Positions 54,559 through 62,342 of a stretch of 64,000 nt of DNA are shown piece by piece. Source of the stretch: Thermoplasmata archaeon (GTDB lineage Archaea; Thermoplasmatota; Thermoplasmata; Lutacidiplasmatales; UBA184); the NCBI GenBank assembly GCA_035622275.1, contig DASPVQ010000020.1:86067-150066 (forward strand). The letters are read 5' to 3'. Both the position numbers and the translations under genes were made by a program. Positions within the stretch are counted from its first letter, which is position 1. Each line of letters begins with the position of its first letter. The notes beneath the pieces are model-generated. The model saw only the letters and a program-made list of their open reading frames with translations, did not search any database and was not told where the DNA came from.

Positions 54559-56042
54559 GCTTCCGTCAGGCCCGCTGGGACGAGCCAAATGTCTGGGACC
54601 TCGTACCGGAGTCGGAGGCGGCAGCGCCGGCGCCGATCCCCGGGGTCCCCGAGCGACTTCGCCGCAAGGAGGCGGTCCGGTGGCCCGAGCTCTCCGAGCT
54701 CGAAGTCGTGCGCCACTACACCCGCCTGTCCCAGATGAACTTCGGGATCGACACGTCGCCCTATGCGCTCGGCTCCTGCACGATGAAGTACAATCCGAAG
54801 GTCTCCGAACTGCTTGCGCGACGTGCGGGGGCGGCGGACCTCCATCCGTACCAGCCGGAGGCGACGACCCAGGGCGCGCTCGAGATCCTCTGGCGGCTCG
54901 AACGTCTCCTCGCCAAGGTCACGGGCCTCCCCGAGGTCTCGCTGCAGGCGGCCGCGGGCGCGCACGGCGAGTGGGCCGCCCTCCTCATGGTCCGGGCCTA
55001 CTTCCGCGACCAGGGCACCCTCGCGCAACGCACGGAGGTCCTGTTACCGGACACGGCGCACGGCACGAACCCCGCCTCGGCGATGATGGCGGGCTTCACG
55101 ACCCGCGAGCTCCCGTCGACGGAAGGCTGCGTCGATCTCACGGCACTGCGCTCCGCCGTTGGCGACCGGACGGCCTGCTTCATGCTCACGAACCCGAACA
55201 CGGCCGGCCTCTTTGAGAGCGACATCCTCGAGATCGCCGAGATCGTTCACGGGGCGGGCGGCACCCTCTACTACGACGGCGCGAACCTCAACGCGATCCT
55301 CGGGATCACGCACCCCGGTCGCATGGGCTTCGACGTCGCGCACCTGAACCTCCACAAGACGTTCGCGACCCCGCACGGGGGCGGGGGTCCCGGCGCCGGG
55401 GTCCTCGCGGCGGGAGAGACGTTCGGGCCGTACCTCCCGGTGCCACGCGTGGTGAAGGAGGGGCGGCGGTTCCGCCTCGACTACGACCGTCCGAAGTCGA
55501 TCGGCAAGATCAAGGCCGCCTACGGCAACTTCGGGCTCGACCTGCGGGCCTACGCCTTCGCGCTGACTCACGGCGAGGAGGGCCTGAAGCACGTCGCCCG
55601 CCGCGCCGTCCTGAACTCGAACTATCTCGGCGCCCGCCTCGGCCGCAGCCTGCCCCGTCCGTTCCGCACGCTCGTCAAGCACGAGTTCCTGCTCTCGGGC
55701 ACGCCGCTCCGGGCGCGGGGCCTGCGCACGCTCGATCTCGCCAAGCGCCTGCTCGACGAGGGGGTCCACGCCCCGACCGTCTACTTCCCGACGATCGTCG
55801 ACGAGGCGCTGATGATCGAGCTCCCCGAGACCGAGTCGAAGCGCGAGCTCGACGGCTACGTGGCGGCGATCGAGCGCTCGCTCGCGGATTCCGACGAGAA
55901 CCTCCACGCGGCCCCTCGCTCGCTCTCGGTCGGCCGGATCGACGAGGTCCGCGCGGCGCGCGAACCGCGCCTCTCCTGGAAGGACCTGCGCGAGACCGCC
56001 CCAAAGGTTGAAGGGGCGCCGTCGGTAGGCTCGGCCCGATGA
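54555..56042 (+). CDS. gcvPB: Glycine dehydrogenase (decarboxylating) subunit 2
   Basis: The PLP-lysine region NLHKTFATPHGGGGPG is present. Its ATG overlaps the gcvPA stop. Confidence 0.9.
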   Translation: MSFRQARWDEPNVWDLVPESEAAAPAPIPGVPERLRRKEAVRWPELSELEVVRHYTRLSQMNFGIDTSPYALGSCTMKYNPKVSELLARRAGAADLHPYQPEATTQGALEILWRLERLLAKVTGLPEVSLQAAAGAHGEWAALLMVRAYFRDQGTLAQRTEVLLPDTAHGTNPASAMMAGFTTRELPSTEGCVDLTALRSAVGDRTACFMLTNPNTAGLFESDILEIAEIVHGAGGTLYYDGANLNAILGITHPGRMGFDVAHLNLHKTFATPHGGGGPGAGVLAAGETFGPYLPVPRVVKEGRRFRLDYDRPKSIGKIKAAYGNFGLDLRAYAFALTHGEEGLKHVARRAVLNSNYLGARLGRSLPRPFRTLVKHEFLLSGTPLRARGLRTLDLAKRLLDEGVHAPTVYFPTIVDEALMIELPETESKRELDGYVAAIERSLADSDENLHAAPRSLSVGRIDEVRAAREPRLSWKDLRETAPKVEGAPSVGSAR

Positions 56043-57145
56043 AGCCCCGCGTCCAGAAGATCTTCTCCCACCTCGATCCCGCGCCGGACGCCATCGTGCT
56101 CGCGAACGCCACCGAGCCGCATCTCGATCAGACCTTCTTCTACGTCTTCGACGTTCCTTCCGGGCTCTTCGAGGCGTCCGCGGCGATCGCCTACCCGGAC
56201 GGCGAGCTCGCGATCGTCACCGCCCCGCTCGAGGCCGACACCGCGTTCGAGGCGGCGAAGCGGGACCCGCACGTGAAGGTGCACGTCGCGCCGCGGGAGG
56301 AGACCGCTCGCGAGGTCCGCAAGCTGCTCGGGAACGCCCGCTCGATCGGCCTCAACTTTCGCGAGCTCACCCACGAATGGTTCCTCAAGTTCGATGACGT
56401 GTTCCCGGATGCGAAGTGGGTCGACACCTCGAACGCGATCCGCATCGCGCGGGTGACGAAGGACCCGAACGAGCTCCAGCTGCTGCGCCGCGCGGCCGAG
56501 ATCGGCTCGAAGGTCGGCCGCGAGATCCCGTCCCTCCTCAAGGCCGGCATGAGCGAGGTCGAGCTGGCGGCCGAGATGGAGTACCGGATGAACCGCTACG
56601 GAGCGCGCGGCGCTTCGTTCTCCACGATCGTCGGCTTCGGGGCCCACAGCGCCGAGCCGCACTACTCGCCCGGCGAGACGAAGCTCCAGGCGGGCGACTC
56701 GATCGTCTGCGACTTCGGCGCTTGGTTCCACCGCTACGCGAGCGACATCACGCGCTCGTTCCACTTCGGTCGTCGCGACGACGAGCTCAAGCGCGTCCAC
56801 GAGACCGTCGAGCGAGCCCAGCAGGCCGCCCTCGGCGTGATCCGACCGGGGGTCGCGGCGAAGGACGTCCACGCGGCCGCGCAGAAGGTGATCGACGCGT
56901 CGCCCTGGAAGGGCCGGTTCACGCACGGCCTGGGACACTCGATCGGGCTCGCCGTCCACGACGGCTGGAGCTACGGGCCGAACGCCCAGGACTCCCTCGA
57001 GGTGGGCATGGCGTTCACCGTCGAACCGGGGATCTACCTCGTCGGACGGGGCGGCGTGCGGATCGAGGACGACATCGTCGTCACGAAGAGCGGCTACGAG
57101 TTCCTCACGACGACTCCGCGGGAGTACGTCGAGGTCGCGGCGTGA
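56039..57145 (+). CDS. M24-family Xaa-Pro aminopeptidase/dipeptidase
   Basis: The metal-ligand blocks are DFGAWFHRYASD, HGLGHSIGLAVHD and VEPGIY. It is 368 aa. Confidence 0.8.
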   Translation: MKPRVQKIFSHLDPAPDAIVLANATEPHLDQTFFYVFDVPSGLFEASAAIAYPDGELAIVTAPLEADTAFEAAKRDPHVKVHVAPREETAREVRKLLGNARSIGLNFRELTHEWFLKFDDVFPDAKWVDTSNAIRIARVTKDPNELQLLRRAAEIGSKVGREIPSLLKAGMSEVELAAEMEYRMNRYGARGASFSTIVGFGAHSAEPHYSPGETKLQAGDSIVCDFGAWFHRYASDITRSFHFGRRDDELKRVHETVERAQQAALGVIRPGVAAKDVHAAAQKVIDASPWKGRFTHGLGHSIGLAVHDGWSYGPNAQDSLEVGMAFTVEPGIYLVGRGGVRIEDDIVVTKSGYEFLTTTPREYVEVAA

Positions 57146-58164
57146 GGTTCGGGGTCCTCACGGGGGGCGGGGACTGCCCCGGCCTCAACGCGGCGATCCG
57201 CGCGGTCGTCCGGCGCGCCGCGCGCTCCGGGCACGAGACCCTCGGATTCTCGGACGGCTGGAAGGGCGTGCGGGACGACCTCGTGCGGCCCCTGCCGCCG
57301 GAAGTCGTCGCCGGAATCCTGGCGCGCGGGGGGACGATCCTGGGGAGCTCCCGCACGAACCCGTTCGCCAAGGAGGCCGACGCGGAGAAGGTCGTGGCGA
57401 CCCTCGCCCGGCACCGCGTCGACACGCTCGTCGCGATCGGGGGCGACGACACGCTCTCGGCCGCGCGCGAGCTCGCTCGCCGAGGCGGCCAGGTCGTGGG
57501 GGTGCCGAAGACGATGGACAACGACGTCGCCGGCACCGACTGGACGTTCGGCTTCCACTCGGCCGTCGCGGTGGCGGTCGACGCCCTCGAGCGCCTGCGG
57601 GATACGGCGGAGAGCCACCACCGCGCGATCGTGCTCGAGGTGATGGGCCGTCACGCCGGCTGGGTCGCGCTCGCGACGGGGCTCGCGGGCGGAGCGGACG
57701 CGACGCTCGTGCCCGAGGAGCCCTACGATGAGGAGGCGCTCCTCGATCGGGTTCGGCGCGCCCTCGCCGCCCGGGGCCACGCGCTCGTCGTCGCCAGCGA
57801 GGGGATCGACCTCGGCCCGCGCAAGGGCTCGGCGGGAGCGGCGGACGAGTTCGGGCACGAGCTCCTGGGCGAGCGGGAGGTCGGGGCCGAGCTCGCCCGG
57901 AGGATCCAGCAGCGGACGGGCGTCGAGTCGCGCAGCGCCCAGATCGGACACATCCAGCGAGGCGGGGCGCCGGAGCTGTTCGACCGCCTCCTCGCGACGC
58001 GCCTGGGCGCCGGGGCGGTCGACCTCGCCTTGGCCGGGCGCTTCGGCGAGGTCGCGGTACTGCGGGGCGGCGCGATCGTGGGGATCCCGTTCGCCGAGGC
58101 GGTCGGCGCCCCGAAGCTCGTGACGCCGGATTGGCTCGATCTCCTCCACACCTTCGAAGGCTAG
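57142..58164 (+). CDS. pfkA: 6-phosphofructokinase
   Basis: The motifs GVLTGGGDCPGLNAAIR, GGDDT and MGRHAG are present. The GTG start overlaps the upstream stop (GTGA). Confidence 0.8.
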   Translation: MRFGVLTGGGDCPGLNAAIRAVVRRAARSGHETLGFSDGWKGVRDDLVRPLPPEVVAGILARGGTILGSSRTNPFAKEADAEKVVATLARHRVDTLVAIGGDDTLSAARELARRGGQVVGVPKTMDNDVAGTDWTFGFHSAVAVAVDALERLRDTAESHHRAIVLEVMGRHAGWVALATGLAGGADATLVPEEPYDEEALLDRVRRALAARGHALVVASEGIDLGPRKGSAGAADEFGHELLGEREVGAELARRIQQRTGVESRSAQIGHIQRGGAPELFDRLLATRLGAGAVDLALAGRFGEVAVLRGGAIVGIPFAEAVGAPKLVTPDWLDLLHTFEG

Positions 58165-58171
58165 CCCGCTC

Positions 58172-59176
58172 ATGCCGGTCCGGGCGCTCTGGTACGCTCG
58201 CGGAACCCTGTCCATCCTCGATCAGCGCGCGCTGCCCGGCCGGACGGTCGTCCGGCACCTTCGCACGCTGCGGCAGACCGCCGAGGCGATCCGGACGCTC
58301 GCGGTGCGCGGGGCGCCGTCGATCGGCGTCGCCGCGGCGTACGGGATGGTACTCGGTCAGCGGGAAGGTCGCTTTTCACCCGATCGAGCGGCGGCCCTTC
58401 TCCGAGCAACACGGCCGACCGCGGTGGACCTGTTCGTCGGCATCGAGACCGTGCGGCGGGCCTGGGTCGCCGGCGAGGACGTGGTCCGCGCCGCCGATGA
58501 CTACCGCGCCCGGATCGTCGAAGAGTGCCACCGCATCGGCACCGCCGGCGCGCCCCTCCTGCGCTCCGCCGAGCGGGTGCTCACGCACTGCAACGCGGGC
58601 GCGCTCGCGACGGTCGAGTGGGGCACTGCGCTCGCCCCGATCCGCGTCGCCCGGGACCGGGGCGCCCACCTGTTCGTCTGGGTGGACGAGACGCGGCCGC
58701 TCCTTCAGGGCTCGCGCCTGACCGCCTGGGAGCTCGCCCGCGAGCGCATCCCGCACGCGGTGATCGCCGACAACGCGGCGGGCCACTTCCTGCGGACGGG
58801 CCAGGTCGACGCGATCCTCGTGGGCGCGGACCGGATCGCGCGGAACGGCGACTTCGCGAACAAGATCGGGACGTACGAGAAGGCGGTGGTCGCCCACGAG
58901 AACCGGGTGCCGTTCTACGTCGCGGCGCCGTGGAGCACGTTCGACGTCGCTCGGGCCACCGGCGCGGCGATCCCGGTGGAGGAGCGGGCCGAGCACGAGG
59001 TGCTGACGTTGACCGGCCGTGCGACGGCACCGGCCCGCAGCCACGCCCGAAATCCCGCCTTCGACGTGACGCCGGCGCGCTACGTCACGGCGTTCGTCAC
59101 GCCGGACGGGGTCGTGCGTCCGGCCCGTCTCGCCGGCGCGCTGCGCGCGCGGGCTCGCCGCGCGTCGCGCGCCTAG
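58172..59176 (+). CDS. eIF-2B alpha/beta/delta-family isomerase (MtnA / ribose-1,5-bisphosphate isomerase-like)
   Basis: The N-terminus is LSILDQRALPG. The blocks RGAPSIGVAAAYG, VLTHCNAGALATVEWGTAL and ILVGADRIARNGD are present. Confidence 0.8.
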   Translation: MPVRALWYARGTLSILDQRALPGRTVVRHLRTLRQTAEAIRTLAVRGAPSIGVAAAYGMVLGQREGRFSPDRAAALLRATRPTAVDLFVGIETVRRAWVAGEDVVRAADDYRARIVEECHRIGTAGAPLLRSAERVLTHCNAGALATVEWGTALAPIRVARDRGAHLFVWVDETRPLLQGSRLTAWELARERIPHAVIADNAAGHFLRTGQVDAILVGADRIARNGDFANKIGTYEKAVVAHENRVPFYVAAPWSTFDVARATGAAIPVEERAEHEVLTLTGRATAPARSHARNPAFDVTPARYVTAFVTPDGVVRPARLAGALRARARRASRA

Positions 59177-59325
59177 CTCGTGGCGAGCGGGTGGCCCAGC
59201 AGATGCTCGCCGCTGCGGACCAGGGAACCGATCGCGGCGCTCACGTCGACCCCCAGGTGATTGAGGACGACGACGAGCGCGAGCACCCCGAGCACCGTCA
59301 GGAACCAGCTCATCATCGCGGTCAT
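59173..59325 (-). CDS. Possible small single-TM protein
   Basis: It is 51 aa with one hydrophobic helix (MTAMMSWFLTVLGVLALVVVL). This is weak evidence. Confidence 0.15.
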   Translation of the reverse strand: MTAMMSWFLTVLGVLALVVVLNHLGVDVSAAIGSLVRSGEHLLGHPLATS

Positions 59326-59506
59326 GGATCCGACCTCGCTTCCTCGCGTTGACGTTCGCGCCCTCGATAGATAAGCCGAGGCCTCCACTCGCAGGACGGG
59401 TCGGCGCCGCGCTCGCGCCCTCGCGCTGCGCACGCGCGCGGCGCGCGCGCGTGCGCCCGCGCGGGCGGCAAGTTTCATAGCAGCGAACGGTTAGGCCCGC
59501 GAGGCT

Positions 59507-59613
59507 GCCCTGGTAGTCTAGCGGTCTAGGATGTAGGTCTGTCGAGCCTGCGACTCGGGTTCGAAGGATCCGGGGGTCGCGCGCCCCCGGACCCGGAACT
59601 CCCGACCAGGGCG
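59507..59613 (+). tRNA. tRNA-Asp (anticodon GUC) with a 34-nt non-canonical intron in the T-loop (intron about 59566-59599)
   Basis: A hand fold was used. The acceptor GCCCTGG pairs with CCAGGGC (7/7). The anticodon stem is TAGGT/GCCTG and the anticodon loop is CTGTCGA. The T-stem TCGGG/CCCGA flanks TTCGAA-[34 nt]-T, which restores TTCGAAT after excision. The intron forms a GC-rich hairpin (CCGGGGG-TCGCGCG-CCCCCGG). A TCCG/CGGA helix next to the splice sites is BHB-like. Confidence 0.65.
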
Positions 59614-59641
59614 CCTCCCCGCGCGCGGGGCGCGCCGCGGC

Positions 59642-60490
59642 ATGGACCCCTTATGCCCGCTCGGGCCTAGGCCGGTCGTGGCCGAAGGCTCGACGCCCCG
59701 CCGGTCGTCATCGCCGTATCTCTCGCACATCGTGGGCGACACGCTGCGCGACCTGCAGGAGCGCCGGCTGCTCGAGCTCGTGCGGGCCGCGCCGGTGCCG
59801 AACCATCTCGCGATCATCATGGACGGCAACCGGCGCTTCGCGGGCGCCCACGGCCTCGGCATCAAGGACGGCCACGCCGCGGGCCGCGACACCCTCGAGC
59901 AGCTGCTCAACTGGTGCCTCGAGCTCCAGATCCGGATCCTGACCGTCTACGCCCTCTCCACCGAGAACCTCTCCCGGTCGCCGGAGGAGGTCGAGGGACT
60001 GATGGACCTGTTCGACCGGGCCCTGCGGGACATTGCGGTGGACGAGCGCGTGCACCGCCACCAGATCCGGGTCCGGGTGATCGGCGACCGCGCGGCGCTC
60101 CCGGCACGCGTGCAGGAGGCGATCGGCATCGCGGAGCGGGCGACCGAGCGTTACGACGCCTACCAGTACAACGTCGCGCTGGCCTACGGCGGCCGTGACG
60201 AGATCGTCGAGGCGATCCGGGCGATCGCGAGGGAGGTTCGCGACGGGGCGCTCGACCCGGAGCGGATCGACTCGACGGCCGTTTCCCGCCACCTCTACAC
60301 GCGAGACCTGCCAGACCCCGATCTCATCTTCCGGACCAGCGGGGAGGAGAGGATCTCGAACTTCCTGCTCTGGCAGTCCGCCTACAGCGAGCTGTACTTC
60401 TCGGACGTGCTCTGGCCCGGCCTCACGCGCCTGGAGTTCCTCCGCGCGATCCGGGCGTTTCAGCTGCGTCGCCGTCGCTATGGGGAGTGA
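59642..60490 (+). CDS. uppS: cis-Prenyltransferase (undecaprenyl-diphosphate synthase family)
   Basis: The blocks HLAIIMDGNRRFA, DLIFRTSGEERISNFLLWQSAYSELYF and RRYGE are present. Confidence 0.85.
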   Translation: MDPLCPLGPRPVVAEGSTPRRSSSPYLSHIVGDTLRDLQERRLLELVRAAPVPNHLAIIMDGNRRFAGAHGLGIKDGHAAGRDTLEQLLNWCLELQIRILTVYALSTENLSRSPEEVEGLMDLFDRALRDIAVDERVHRHQIRVRVIGDRAALPARVQEAIGIAERATERYDAYQYNVALAYGGRDEIVEAIRAIAREVRDGALDPERIDSTAVSRHLYTRDLPDPDLIFRTSGEERISNFLLWQSAYSELYFSDVLWPGLTRLEFLRAIRAFQLRRRRYGE

Positions 60491-61724
60491 GCCCGAGACG
60501 ACCGGGCGGCACGGCGAGATCCCAGAGCGCCCGCGCGAACAGGAACGCGGCGCCCGCGATCACCCAGACGATCGCGGCGATGAGGTACGTCCGCGACGTG
60601 CCGAACGCTCCGATGAGGAGGGCACCGCCGACTTCCGCGGCGGGCAGGATCGCGTAGCTGCCCAGGCCGTCGATGCCGTAGTAGCGACCCTGCATCTCGG
60701 CCGGCACGAGGAGCTGCGCCGCGGTGAGCCAGGCGGTCCCGGCGAAGCCGCCCAGCGCACCGAGGACGAACATCACGCCGATCGCCGCCGGCGCGAACGG
60801 CCACAGGGGCAGCGCGAGCGCGAGCACTCCCGAGACGATCCCGTACGGAACGACCCACGCCTTGCCCGCGTAGCGGACCGCGCCGAGCCGGCCCACCAGC
60901 AGCGATCCCAGGGAGAGACCCGCCACCTGGGCCGCCTGGAGCGCGGCGAAAACGAGCGCGGAGGCGTGCAGCACCTCCGTGACGTAGAACACGAGGAAGG
61001 TCCCGACCACGGTGCTGCAGAAATTGAACACCATCGCCGACATCGTCAGCTGGAAGAAGCCCTGGGCCTTCCAGAGCCAAGCGAAGCCGCCGCGCAGGTC
61101 GGCGAGATAGCCGGGGCGGGCCGGGTCCGGGACGAATCGGGGCGTTAGCATCCCCGAGATCAGCGCGGCCGAGATCGCGAACGTCGCCGCGTTCACGGCG
61201 ACGCCCGTCACCGGTCCGACCGTGACGATCAGCACCCCGGCCACGGCCGCGCCGACGAACTGGAACGCGGAGCGACTGGATCCCACCAGCCCGTTCGCGT
61301 CGGCCACCTCGGATTCGGACACGATCGCGGGCACGAGCGCCTGCTCGGCCGGGTTGAAGATCACGGTGAAGCCTCCCACGACCGCGCTCGCCGCCAGCAC
61401 GGTGGCCAGGTCGAAGCCACGCGTCCAGAGGACGGCGGCGACCGCGCCGAGCGCGAGCGCGCGCACGACGTCGGAAATGACCATCAGACGGCGTCGGTCA
61501 AAGCGGTCGACGAGCGTCCCTCCGAGCGTGCTCACCAGGATCGCCGGCACCAGCGCGGCGACCCCGAGGAATCCCACGTCCAGCGCGGACCCGGTATCGG
61601 CCGCGACGAGCCAGACCAGGCAGACGGCGGCGATCGAGGTGCCGGCGTACGATCCGATGCCCGCGGAGAAGATCCGGAGGAAGTTCGCGTTCCGCAACAG
61701 CCGAGCGTAGGTCGACCCCACCAT
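60423..61724 (-). CDS. MFS transporter
   Basis: It is 433 aa with about 12 TM helices. The MFS loop motif GTLVDRFDRRRLM is present. Confidence 0.7.
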   Translation of the reverse strand: MVGSTYARLLRNANFLRIFSAGIGSYAGTSIAAVCLVWLVAADTGSALDVGFLGVAALVPAILVSTLGGTLVDRFDRRRLMVISDVVRALALGAVAAVLWTRGFDLATVLAASAVVGGFTVIFNPAEQALVPAIVSESEVADANGLVGSSRSAFQFVGAAVAGVLIVTVGPVTGVAVNAATFAISAALISGMLTPRFVPDPARPGYLADLRGGFAWLWKAQGFFQLTMSAMVFNFCSTVVGTFLVFYVTEVLHASALVFAALQAAQVAGLSLGSLLVGRLGAVRYAGKAWVVPYGIVSGVLALALPLWPFAPAAIGVMFVLGALGGFAGTAWLTAAQLLVPAEMQGRYYGIDGLGSYAILPAAEVGGALLIGAFGTSRTYLIAAIVWVIAGAAFLFARALWDLAVPPGRLGLTPHSDGDAAETPGSRGGTPGA

Positions 61725-61814
61725 GGTCCCCGGTGCCGGGGAGGGCCACGGCTCCCCGAGGATAACCCCGGCGACCGCGCTCCCGGTAGGCGGACCCGCG
61801 CCGGCCCGGCGCGG

Positions 61815-62138
61815 CTAGACGATCGGCTCGAGCGGTGGCTCGCGACGAGCGCGGGCCGCAAGCGCGAGTCCGGCGATGAGCGTCAACAGTCCCGCCACGG
61901 GGACCGCGAGCACCAGCGTCATGCCGAGCGGCGTCGGTAGGTAGTCCGGCAGCGGATAGACGTACCCGTGGATCATGAGCTCGAAGAGCAGTCCGAAGAT
62001 GGTGACGACGGCGCCGATGAGGACGAGCGCCTTCCAGGTCGTGCCCGGCACGGTCCCCAGCGAATAGTGGCCGCCGCCGGCGAGGATCTCGTCCTGCGCG
62101 ACGTCGGCGTCGAACTCTTCCGACAGCTCGGCGCTCAT
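61815..62138 (-). CDS. Hypothetical small membrane protein
   Basis: It is 107 aa with an acidic N-terminus followed by two TM helices. Confidence 0.3.
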   Translation of the reverse strand: MSAELSEEFDADVAQDEILAGGGHYSLGTVPGTTWKALVLIGAVVTIFGLLFELMIHGYVYPLPDYLPTPLGMTLVLAVPVAGLLTLIAGLALAARARREPPLEPIV

Positions 62139-62275
62139 CGGACCCGTCCCCCAGCCCCGAGCGGTGAGATGATGCTTTCGTGAGGGCCTCGGCAGCGAGG
62201 GAGGAGCGCCCTAGCCCGACCGCGCGCCGTCGAGGGCCCGGCGGAGCCACCGCCCGCACCGCCGATAGGGGCCTA

Positions 62276-62292
62276 CGAATTCATTAAATAGA
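62276..62292 (+). promoter_or_regulatory. Candidate BRE/TATA (ACGAATTCATTAAATAG) for the thermosome gene; SD-like GGTGGTGA at 62329-62336
   Basis: It is the only AT-rich stretch upstream of the gene. It is the same TTAAATA core as the idsA TATA. It lies about 55 bp upstream of the ATG, consistent with a leadered, SD-containing transcript. Confidence 0.4.
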
Positions 62293-62342
62293 AGGGCTTT
62301 TCTACCGAACCTGACCACCGAGTGGAACTTCGGTGGTGAGAA

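Noticed and set aside
59340-59500. GC-alternating stretch, considered as a CRISPR-like or repeat array
   Set aside because: It holds only a single inverted repeat. There are no regularly spaced direct repeats, and no CRISPR array occurs anywhere in the window.
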